Shown piece after piece: positions 18,080-26,646 of a stretch of DNA of 43,457 bases (the stretch's first letter is position 1; the number at the start of each line of letters is the position of its first letter). The translations under genes and the position numbers were made by a program. The DNA is taken from assembly GCA_042217545.1 (NCBI GenBank), contig JBDGSM010000003.1:1-43457 (forward strand), given 5' to 3'. Under the pieces are notes generated by a model that did not search any database, was not told where the DNA came from, and saw only the letters and a list, made by a program, of their open reading frames with translations. Source of the DNA: Candidatus Nanohalobium sp. GTDB taxonomy: Archaea; Nanohalarchaeota; Nanosalinia; Nanosalinales; Nanosalinaceae.

Positions 18080-19018
18080 ATGGAAAGAGTTCTCGTGACC
18101 GGCGGCGCTGGATTTATCGGTTCAAACCTTGTAGAGGAACTTGTCGAGAGAGGGAACGAAGTAGTCGTTCTTGACGATCTCTACCTCGGCGATGAAAGCA
18201 ATCTTTCAGAAGTTGAAGATGAGATAGAGTTCATTCAGGGATCCGTTCTCGACAGGGAAGCTCTGGACGAGGCGATGCAGGGAGTTGATACTGTCTTCCA
18301 TCTCGCCGCGCGGTCCTCAAGCCCGATGCACAAGGAAAATCCTGCTCAGGGTGCCAGAGTCAACGTCGAGGGATTCGTACGGACGGTAGAGAGAGCAAAG
18401 GAGGAGGAAGTCGACAAGATCGTATACGCATCCACAAGTTCCATGTACGGGAGTGTCGAGCCACCTCACAGCGAAGATCAGAATCCGAAGCCTGCAAACC
18501 TGTATACTGCTTCAAAGATGTCCAGAGAGAAATACGCAGAGGCCTACAGCTACAACAAAGAGATACAGACCACAGGCCTGAGATTCTTCTCGGTATTTGG
18601 ACCTCACGAAAAAGCGAAGGGAAAGTACGCCAACGTTGTTACACAGTTCCTCTGGAAGATGATGGACGATGAGCAACCGGTTATATGGGGTGACGGAACC
18701 CAGGAACGCGACTTCGTCTATGTCAAAGACGTTGTGGACGCCATCATCAAGGCCGCTAAGAAGAAAGACTCGCTCGATGGAGAAGTATTCAACGTTGGAC
18801 GGGGCGATCCGGTAACATTCAATCAGGTGGTCGAAAAGCTCAACCAGAAGCTTGACAAGAATATAGAGGCAGAACACGTGGAGAACCCTCGTGACAGGTA
18901 TGTCAGGCAGCACAGGGCTGAAAACTCGAAGGTAAGAGAACTCCTCGACTGGGAGCCACAGCACAGCTTCGAGGAAGGCCTCAGGAAGACCGTCGAGTAC
19001 TACGGGCGGAATCTATAA
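18080..19018 (+). CDS. NAD-dependent sugar epimerase/dehydratase
   Basis: VTGGAGFIG, YASTSSMYG, YTASK, GDGTQERDFVYV. Confidence 0.92.
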   Translation: MERVLVTGGAGFIGSNLVEELVERGNEVVVLDDLYLGDESNLSEVEDEIEFIQGSVLDREALDEAMQGVDTVFHLAARSSSPMHKENPAQGARVNVEGFVRTVERAKEEEVDKIVYASTSSMYGSVEPPHSEDQNPKPANLYTASKMSREKYAEAYSYNKEIQTTGLRFFSVFGPHEKAKGKYANVVTQFLWKMMDDEQPVIWGDGTQERDFVYVKDVVDAIIKAAKKKDSLDGEVFNVGRGDPVTFNQVVEKLNQKLDKNIEAEHVENPRDRYVRQHRAENSKVRELLDWEPQHSFEEGLRKTVEYYGRNL

Positions 19019-19043
19019 TAAACTTTAACCGGGAATAATCGAC

Positions 19044-19415
19044 ATGGGCAGGATCGACAAGCCGTGGGGGTATGAGGATCAGGTTCTGATGACTCAGCTC
19101 GAAATCGGCGACACCACCGGCATGCTCGGCATGAGGAAACTGGTCATAAACGGCGACGAAATGACTTCTTACAGTTTTCACGAAAGCCAGACTGATATAA
19201 TCTACCTGCAGGAAGGAACAGTCGTAGTAAGACTTGAAGACGGCATGAAAGAACTGGAGAAAGGCAACGCAATGGTAATAAGAGCCGGACAGAAACATCA
19301 GCTCCAGAACATAGACAGCTCGGTGGCGGAAGTCCTCGAAATCTCCTTCCCCTACCGACCGGAAGACATCGAAAGAATAGAAGACCCTTACAAAGAAGCC
19401 CGCGAACAGGAATAA
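19044..19415 (+). CDS. Cupin protein resembling the type II phosphomannose isomerase C-terminal domain
   Basis: IDKPWGYE, SFHESQTD, IRAGQKHQLQN, DIERIEDPY. Confidence 0.75.
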   Translation: MGRIDKPWGYEDQVLMTQLEIGDTTGMLGMRKLVINGDEMTSYSFHESQTDIIYLQEGTVVVRLEDGMKELEKGNAMVIRAGQKHQLQNIDSSVAEVLEISFPYRPEDIERIEDPYKEAREQE

Positions 19416-19419
19416 AAAC

Positions 19420-19701
19420 ATGAAAGAAGCCCTGGAGAAAGGAGCACTCCAAGGCCTCTTCACAGCAGGCCTCGCATACCTCGTAACAGCATTCATAGGA
19501 TTCAACCGGATATCTCTCAACCTGATGCTATACATGTTCTTCATATTCGGCGCATTCTTCGAACTGAAGAACTCGCTGGAACTAGGCCTCAACGACCTAT
19601 TCGGAGAAGTAGTAATAGTCGCAGAAGAAGAGGAAAAAACACTGAAACGCATCTTCCGCGACAAAAAGTACAGGGTCAACGGCGAACTGGAAGAGATCTA
19701 A
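19420..19701 (+). CDS. Small membrane protein
   Basis: Two hydrophobic segments; 4 nt after the previous gene; codon usage matches neighbours. Confidence 0.6.
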   Translation: MKEALEKGALQGLFTAGLAYLVTAFIGFNRISLNLMLYMFFIFGAFFELKNSLELGLNDLFGEVVIVAEEEEKTLKRIFRDKKYRVNGELEEI

Positions 19702-20426
19702 CCTGAGGAATCAATCCGTCTACCCGCCTCGTTCTCCAGGACCAGTCCATCATTACTGTCAACGCCGACATCCATGCTCATGTTCTCACCCGGACCAAGC
19801 ACAGTCTCAAGCTCTACAGGATAAGGCTCCTCCGTCTTACCCGACTTCACAATCCTCCACCCCTTCAGCGACACAGTACTGTTCCCGGCGTTCGTCAGGT
19901 TAATGGTATCCAACTGGTAATCCGAACTCATCTCCACATCCGGCAGAACCCTGTCCATAACTGACCGCTTCCGGGCCACGCTCTCCCGGTGACTTACATT
20001 CATCCTCTTCATAAGCTTCCGCCGGATCTTCAAAACCCGCGACCTCATACCTTCAGGCCCTGTAAACTTCGAAACATTCTCACCATCCCGGTAACCAGTC
20101 TTCAAAGTACCGTACGGCGTCTTCAATATAGTAAGCGACTCATTAGCCGTCCTCCTCTTCCTGAGAAGGCCTTTAGACGTAACAAACTTCTCCCGCTTTA
20201 CCGAAGGCCTCTGAGTGTAGCTGTACCGAGATCTGCTGTCAACAAGTTCCATACTCCTCTTCCCTGTACTCGTATTCAGCCTGTAATTTGTAGTGTAATC
20301 TGTACTTACGACAGCGTTGAAACCGCCGTCCTTTTGCTGTATCCGGACCTGCTGGGACGCAACAGGCACTGAGAGAAGTACTGTAAGAGTTGCAGAGAAC
20401 ACGATAGCTCTCCGGGCATCGACCAC
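19698..20426 (-). CDS. Secreted basic protein with C-terminal lamin-tail-like domain
   Basis: Signal peptide (RRAIVFSATLTVLLSVPVAS); INLTNAGNSTVSLKGWRI resembles the LTD motif; K/R-rich N-terminal part. Confidence 0.65.
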   Translation of the reverse strand: MVDARRAIVFSATLTVLLSVPVASQQVRIQQKDGGFNAVVSTDYTTNYRLNTSTGKRSMELVDSRSRYSYTQRPSVKREKFVTSKGLLRKRRTANESLTILKTPYGTLKTGYRDGENVSKFTGPEGMRSRVLKIRRKLMKRMNVSHRESVARKRSVMDRVLPDVEMSSDYQLDTINLTNAGNSTVSLKGWRIVKSGKTEEPYPVELETVLGPGENMSMDVGVDSNDGLVLENEAGRRIDSSG

Positions 20427-20463
20427 AACAGCCGTTTCTCACGGTAAGGTTAAAAACCTGGCC

Positions 20464-21464
20464 TTACAGATCGTCGTAGTTCTCCTCGAACACTTCAGGC
20501 ACAGATTTCAGCACTCCCAGCGCTATCGGCCCCATGAAGATCCCGGCAGCGCCGAAAACGTAAAGGCCTCCAATCACGCCAATCAGGATCACTACAGGAT
20601 GCAGATCTGATTCACAGTCCACAGGCAGAGGCCTCATGAAGTTGTCAGTAAAGCCGACAATCACTGCACCTCATATCAACAGGAAAACGCCTGCAGAAGG
20701 CCTCCCGTTTAGAAGAAGGTACAGACCTGCCGGACCCCAGACCAGGAAAGCACCTACCAGAGGGATAAACGCCAGCATGATCATGATGAAAGTCCAGAAC
20801 GCATAACTCTGGATACCCACAAGGAAAAGTCCAAGGCCTGCGACAGCACCCTGCGCTATAGCGACGAGTACGTGACCTTTAACCACCGCCCAGGTCGTAT
20901 CGTACGTGTTCTGGTACAGATCTTCCTGTATATCCTGCGGCATCGGCGCAGTCCTCTGGAACCAGTCCTTGAAATCCTTGCCATCCTTCAAAAGATAGAA
21001 CGTGACGAACAGTGATATGGTAAACCCTATAGACACGTTAGCAAGTATATCCAGGATCTTGGAGACGCTTCCAAGCGTATCGCTTACAAAAGTCCTGAAA
21101 ACATGCTCTATCTCTGCGTTAACATCTATATCCCGTCCTGTCCACTCATGTATCTTCTCCTGGATCTGGTCAACCTTCAGCACGTTCGAATTATTGAAAC
21201 TGCCGGCAAGAGTCCTTGCGTCATCAACGACAGCATTAACCACCAGTACAAAAGGCACAACAGCGGCCACCAGAGTAAATATCACGAGAAGGCCTGCGGA
21301 CAGCCTGCTGCCGATCCTGGACCTCAGCTTTTTCTGAGGAGGGTATAAAACAAAAGCAACCATCATAGCTCCCAGAAGGTACGCCAGGAAGGGCTGTAAC
21401 ATCTTCAGCGCCAGGTAAAGAAGCACCACTATTATCGTATAAGAAAGCTCTTCTGAAGGTCCAT
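20464..21464 (-). pseudogene. AI-2E (PerM) family transporter, disrupted
   Basis: ATG 21464 (MDLQKSFL) is out of frame with the main ORF; in-frame TGA at 20671-20673 where LI-W/Y-G is expected, followed by DNFMRP...LHP...GGLYVFG..GIFMGP. Confidence 0.8.
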
Positions 21465-21485
21465 GGAGCCAGCTTCAAGGCCAAT

Positions 21486-22667
21486 TTAAATAAAAATTCC
21501 TATTCCGAGGTAGAAGAGAAAAGCAGGGATGATCAATACGGACATCGAAACCATTCTGCAACCATTTCTCCACGCAAGAAGGCCTATGATCGAAGCGGTG
21601 AACAGAATTAACAGGCCAGGAAACCCCAGGAAAATAAAAGTCAGCACCGAGATAAATGAGAGAACCAGGACCAGCACAGCATCTATATCAGCTATCTTTA
21701 CCGCTCTCAGAAATATGTCATGAGTCTTTAAAGATATGAGTGCTGCGAGGCCTGCTCCCAGAAAGCTCGCACCCAGAGAAGTCAAAAGTAGCGACCTGCT
21801 CACCTCTCCCAGAGCCTGGAGTGCGACTGACGCCCCAGAACGCGCCTTTCCCAGCACGAAGAGTGTTACAAAGGAGACAAATATGTCTGTGGTATTGACA
21901 GCGCCCAGGCCGGTCATCACCTCCTCAATGTCCTCTATAACCGGTGAAAGAAAGGAAGTTGCCGCTCCAGCTCCTACGCCAGGAACGGTGCCAGCCAGAA
22001 GGCCTGAAGCAAACCCGGCAATGCTTCCGGCACGTGAAAAAGAAGCATTCTTCTCCTCCTGTTCGGGAATCACAAGATCCGATCTCCAGGCTTCAACCAC
22101 GGCAGGAACCGCGAAGAGACCTGTGAATACCGGCATAAGTACAAGATCCTGGTTCACAGGCATCCTGAACGCGAGGATTCCGAGAGCGCCGGAAAGGCCT
22201 GAAACCAGGAATGCAGAGGCACTGAACTTTCTTATCAGGATGAAGAAAAGGAAGAAAAGCAGTATGACCGGCATCAGGATCGATGCATAACTGTAGACTG
22301 GTTTGAGAAGTAGAAGGAGTACGGGTGTCGCCACCGCAAACAGTATTACTGCCGAGAGGCCTCCAAGGACTGTGTAGCTGAAGGCTTCACGTCCCCGTCC
22401 CTCCGTCATCATCTTCCTTCCTGGCAGCGATGCCATGGCCGACTCGGCTGAAGGGGCTGAAAGATAGATGGCGGGCAGGAAGTCGTGAAACGTATGGCTG
22501 ACAGAGATACCGGCTATGAAGCAGAGGTAGAGCGGCATCGGGATTCCGAGGGAGAAATAGACCGGGAAAGATGAGAAGATCACGGTGTTCGGATGGATTC
22601 CCGGTATTGATCCTGTGACCGCTCCCAGCAGTGTTCCTACCAGTACAGCTCCGATCAGCTCCAGCAT
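21486..22667 (-). CDS. TctA-like (DUF112) membrane protein, archaeal type
   Basis: TGSIPGIHPN, HTFHDFLPAIYLSAP, LPGRKMMTEGRG, GTVPGVG, GKARSG. Confidence 0.85.
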   Translation of the reverse strand: MLELIGAVLVGTLLGAVTGSIPGIHPNTVIFSSFPVYFSLGIPMPLYLCFIAGISVSHTFHDFLPAIYLSAPSAESAMASLPGRKMMTEGRGREAFSYTVLGGLSAVILFAVATPVLLLLLKPVYSYASILMPVILLFFLFFILIRKFSASAFLVSGLSGALGILAFRMPVNQDLVLMPVFTGLFAVPAVVEAWRSDLVIPEQEEKNASFSRAGSIAGFASGLLAGTVPGVGAGAATSFLSPVIEDIEEVMTGLGAVNTTDIFVSFVTLFVLGKARSGASVALQALGEVSRSLLLTSLGASFLGAGLAALISLKTHDIFLRAVKIADIDAVLVLVLSFISVLTFIFLGFPGLLILFTASIIGLLAWRNGCRMVSMSVLIIPAFLFYLGIGIFI

Positions 22668-22724
22668 ATGTTATGTTCTCAAACAACGGATACCGATTTA
22701 AAAAACAAGGTATAATCTCCGGGT

Positions 22725-23039
22725 ATGTTTGGAGGAAACATGCAGCAGATGATGAAGCAGATGGGCGTCGACATGGATGAGATAAACGCTGACAAGGTCG
22801 AAGTCCACATAGGAGACGAGAAAATGGTATTCGACAATCCAAACCTGTCGAAGATCGATGCACAGGGACAGGAGATCTTCCAGCTCCAGGGCGACTACAG
22901 GAACGAGGAAAAAGACACAGGCCCAGAGGAAGAGGACGTGGAGCTTGTCATGGAAAAGACAGGCGCCTCAAGAGAAGACGCGGTTAATGCCCTAGAAGAA
23001 TCCGACGACGTAGCCGGAGCAGTAATGCAGCTCAGCTAG
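22725..23039 (+). CDS. nac: Nascent polypeptide-associated complex protein
   Basis: MQQMMKQMG..EI.A..V, NAC beta-barrel, UBA tail EDVELVMEKTGASREDAVNALEES.DVAGAVMQL. Confidence 0.95.
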   Translation: MFGGNMQQMMKQMGVDMDEINADKVEVHIGDEKMVFDNPNLSKIDAQGQEIFQLQGDYRNEEKDTGPEEEDVELVMEKTGASREDAVNALEESDDVAGAVMQLS

Positions 23040-23803
23040 GCCCTATCGGTAAACATGTAGAAAAACTTTCTGGGCAGGAAACGCTTAAGCTTCGGCGCCA
23101 GCCAGGCCAGCCAGGTAATAGTATACCGTCTCTTAGGCCTTGACGCCGTAACAGCTTTCACCACTTTTTTACCAGCTTTTTCCGAGTTAGTCCCCGGAAG
23201 GCCTCCATGTTCAAGGCTCTCATTGTATCTATCGCTGTAGACCGAATCCAGCATATACTTCTTCACCGCTTCAAGGCCTCTAACATTGAAACCCGTGTTT
23301 ATGTATCCGGGCTCGACTATAACCACGTCCACGTCAAACTGTTTGACTTCTCCGCGAAGTGCATCGCTTAAGGCCTCGATAGAAAACTTTGTAGCAGAGT
23401 AAACACCGTAAAACGGTACTGTCGCTCTGCCAGCGATCGAAGAAGTGTTTACTATACGGCCTGACTTCTCCCGGAGCATAGGCATGGAATGCCGGATCAT
23501 GTTCAAAGTGCCGAAGACGTTGTCCTCAAACATCTTTTCAACAGTCTCTGAGGACATATCCTCAAGCGACCCTGCCTCCTGGTATCCTGCCAGGTTCACA
23601 AGGACTTCGTACTCGTTCTCCTCGACAAAGTTCTCAACAGCTTCCTCATCTCCCACATCAAAGCAGTAAGTAGAAGTTACGTCAAGATCTTCAAGGCCCT
23701 TCTTATCCCTGTCAACAGCAAGGACTTCATGCCCTTTCTCTTCAAGCATCCTTGAGGCCTGGCTGCCGATTCCCCCGGCTGCACCGGTGATAGCGATTCT
23801 CAT
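23036..23803 (-). CDS. Short-chain dehydrogenase/reductase
   Basis: TGAAGGIG, NLAG, YSATK, VEPG. Confidence 0.92.
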   Translation of the reverse strand: MRIAITGAAGGIGSQASRMLEEKGHEVLAVDRDKKGLEDLDVTSTYCFDVGDEEAVENFVEENEYEVLVNLAGYQEAGSLEDMSSETVEKMFEDNVFGTLNMIRHSMPMLREKSGRIVNTSSIAGRATVPFYGVYSATKFSIEALSDALRGEVKQFDVDVVIVEPGYINTGFNVRGLEAVKKYMLDSVYSDRYNESLEHGGLPGTNSEKAGKKVVKAVTASRPKRRYTITWLAWLAPKLKRFLPRKFFYMFTDRA

Positions 23804-23806
23804 CTT

Positions 23807-25630
23807 CTAATCGTTCCTTATGTGTTCAATGGTTTTCGCATATGCAGGCCTCGTGATCATTATTCCCACCAGGATGCCCAGTATCGTAGTGTAGGCGAAC
23901 TCGTGGATTGCCTGTAGAGCAGATCCTGAAGGATGAAGCTCAGTAGTGAAGACTCCCACCATCAGAGCTATCAATCCTATACCGAAGTAATGGAGGTTAG
24001 TCTTCCTTGAGTACATAGTGTAGCCGATAAGGCCTGCCCCGGCGGCACCTACAAACAGGCTGATAAGGCCTGGCTGGATCACGGGGAGCATGGCCCCGAT
24101 AGTCGAAGCTGCCGACGTGAAGATGACGAAGAAAGCCCTCTTCATCCTGTCGCTCCAGGAAGCAACTCTTTCACGGCCTGATTCGTCCGTAATAATTATC
24201 TGGTCATCCACACCTGTTCCAACGGCCGCGATAATACCTGCAATCGCTGAAAGGCTCAGCGTACCTGCCGTGGTGAACCAGAGGCCCAGCAAGATATATG
24301 TCTCGGCAGCACCGGTTATGATAATCGGTATCACGACTTTTGGGTCCCTGTAACGTAGGAAGACAATCCCCCCGACCGCTACAAGAGCAGCGAGAATCGA
24401 AAGGCTTGACGCTGCCAGGAACTGGTCTCCCAGCGAGGACGATATCTTGTTGTTGCTCTCGATCTGGACGGGAACAGGCAGCTTACCTGACTGCAGGATC
24501 GCCTGAAGCCGGTCACGTTCGTTCACAGCTCCCTGGCGTGAAGAAGCACCGCCCTGTACCGAAGGCTTTGTGATAACCTGGTTCTTGAAGACAGCGGCAA
24601 CTGTAAGCGAAGTCGTCTCACTGCCGTCAACGTAGTATGTCAGTCGGGCAGGTTGGCCGTTATCAAGGCCTAACTGAGGCCCTCCCTGTGTGATAACAGT
24701 CTGGTAGTTGTTAGATATCTTCTGGACTCTCTGGGCTGCAGATTTCTCGATAACGATCTGGAAACTCCATCTGTAACCGCTTGTAGGTCCGCCTGTAAGC
24801 CGTCCCTGGGAGCTCAGGACCTTTATGATCTCTGATCCGCTGTAGGCCACTACCTCAAGCCTTGCGCTCTGATTCGTGTTGTTAACGTAGTAGTAATGGT
24901 TGTCGTTGATCTCGAAGTCGTCCCCAAGATTGTACGTGCCCAGATCCTTTGATCCCCGGCTTACCGAGATAGAACTCTCGTTCTTCCTCCTGAAAGTATA
25001 CGTGTTTTCTATCGTGAAATTCTTCTCATCCTGAACTATAATCGGCATCCTCGCCTCAAAGCTTCCCTGCTGGGATATCAGCTTCTTCAGGTTCGCGGTA
25101 TCTGTAGAACCGGTCTGCACCTGGATCTTGTACTGCCCGTTACCCAGGTTTATGGAACGAACACTCGTATCCGCAAGGCCTGCTCTCGAAAGCCTTATCT
25201 GAAGTATCCTCTCGATCTGCTGGACCTGCTGCTTCAGAGCATCACCGGTCTTGTTAGTCTTAAGACCTAGCAAAATCCTCATACCGCCGGAGAACTCTAT
25301 ACTCTTCCTGTTATCAAGCCGGGTAGCAAGCACAGTATCGGAAGATATATGCTTCACCGTGTAACCTCTGGACGTAAAGGCCTGCTTGATCTCCGAGGAA
25401 CGGGCAGAAGTCCTCAAGCTCACGGTAGAACCGTTCCTGTTATTTCTTATATCCAGGTTATCGTATTTGATGCCGGCCAATGTTTTGTTGACGATCTTGT
25501 CGTTCATCGTCCGGTTAACGCCGATAGAAACCTGGTTCTCGTAGTGAGGATTCAACATCAACGTGGAGATTACAATTACTACAAGCAGAACCCAGATCCT
25601 CCATTCCTTCAGCAACTCTCTCAGATCCAT
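23807..25630 (-). CDS. secD: Protein translocase subunit SecD
   Basis: IEFSGG, LQSGKLPV, ISSSLG, AGIIAAVGTGVDDQIIITDE, ITRPAY. Confidence 0.92.
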   Translation of the reverse strand: MDLRELLKEWRIWVLLVVIVISTLMLNPHYENQVSIGVNRTMNDKIVNKTLAGIKYDNLDIRNNRNGSTVSLRTSARSSEIKQAFTSRGYTVKHISSDTVLATRLDNRKSIEFSGGMRILLGLKTNKTGDALKQQVQQIERILQIRLSRAGLADTSVRSINLGNGQYKIQVQTGSTDTANLKKLISQQGSFEARMPIIVQDEKNFTIENTYTFRRKNESSISVSRGSKDLGTYNLGDDFEINDNHYYYVNNTNQSARLEVVAYSGSEIIKVLSSQGRLTGGPTSGYRWSFQIVIEKSAAQRVQKISNNYQTVITQGGPQLGLDNGQPARLTYYVDGSETTSLTVAAVFKNQVITKPSVQGGASSRQGAVNERDRLQAILQSGKLPVPVQIESNNKISSSLGDQFLAASSLSILAALVAVGGIVFLRYRDPKVVIPIIITGAAETYILLGLWFTTAGTLSLSAIAGIIAAVGTGVDDQIIITDESGRERVASWSDRMKRAFFVIFTSAASTIGAMLPVIQPGLISLFVGAAGAGLIGYTMYSRKTNLHYFGIGLIALMVGVFTTELHPSGSALQAIHEFAYTTILGILVGIMITRPAYAKTIEHIRND

Positions 25631-26556
25631 GGAACCACCTCCTCAACTTTCTCACCGTATTTCGAAAGGAACTCCAGGTCGCCGTTTACATACTTCTTCA
25701 GTATAATAGCGTTTCCAAGCCATGTGAACGGCATATCCGCCAGCAGGCCTATAACCATGACTGCGGAGATGTTCGACAGCTCCGAAGACCCTACTATCAT
25801 GTATGAAATAGTGTAGAGCAATGTAAATCCTGCGATACCACCCATACTCATCGTAGTACCTGTTTTAACCGAACTCCAGATCCTTGACTTCAGGCTGCCC
25901 CTGTTTCTCTTCAGGACCCTGGTCGACAGCACAATGTCCGTGTCAACGGAGTAACCGATAAGCATCAGCAGCGCCGCCAGAGATCCCAGCGTAAGAGGGA
26001 TTCCCAGTGCAGCCATGCCAGCCATGCCGAAGACTATATCTCCAAGAGCCGCCGCTATAACGGCCAGCGAAGGAGTCAGGTCCTTGAAAGCGATGAAAAT
26101 CACGAGACTCATAGTCATGAACGCCAGCACGAAAGCGATCTGCGCCTGAAGGAAAAACTGCTTTGAAACAGAGGCAGAAATAGTCCTCAAGCTCACAACT
26201 GTGGCATTATAACCTGCATTACCCATTATCTGCTCTGCCTCATCGTCCTGGATCGTGGGTGGCGGAAGCTGAACAATCGCAAGAGTCTGATTCCCTGAAC
26301 GCTGGCTCAAGGCCTCAGCGTTAGGCCTTCCAGCTGACTCGAAAGCTTTGGCGATATTGTTAGTATTGAAATCTCCTTTCACCTTGAACTGTATCTCGGA
26401 ACCCCCTGAGAATGCTGTTCCTTTTTCGACAAGCTGACCTGTCGTAATGTACGTGAAGCCGAGAACTCCTATCGCCAGAATAAACATCACCAGAGGCACT
26501 ACAAGGAACTTGTCGTAGTCCTCGTAAACTCTGTTGAAGTACTTCTCAGCGTTCAC
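25621..26556 (-). CDS. secF: Protein translocase subunit SecF
   Basis: GTAFSGGSEI, AALLMLIGYSVDTDIVL; probable GTG start 26556 (the ORF-track extension overlaps aglB). Confidence 0.92.
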   Translation of the reverse strand: MNAEKYFNRVYEDYDKFLVVPLVMFILAIGVLGFTYITTGQLVEKGTAFSGGSEIQFKVKGDFNTNNIAKAFESAGRPNAEALSQRSGNQTLAIVQLPPPTIQDDEAEQIMGNAGYNATVVSLRTISASVSKQFFLQAQIAFVLAFMTMSLVIFIAFKDLTPSLAVIAAALGDIVFGMAGMAALGIPLTLGSLAALLMLIGYSVDTDIVLSTRVLKRNRGSLKSRIWSSVKTGTTMSMGGIAGFTLLYTISYMIVGSSELSNISAVMVIGLLADMPFTWLGNAIILKKYVNGDLEFLSKYGEKVEEVVPWI

Positions 26557-26646
26557 GAAAAAAGCCCTGTCGTGGAATCCTTTTAAACACTCCGCCATTA
26601 GAAAGAAAGAGATTATAAAAACTCCCGCCTCAATCCCATTCAAGTC

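Noticed and set aside
20671..20673. TGA recoded as Trp or Sec
   Set aside because: TGA is a normal stop in many genes here and the same gene also has a frameshift.
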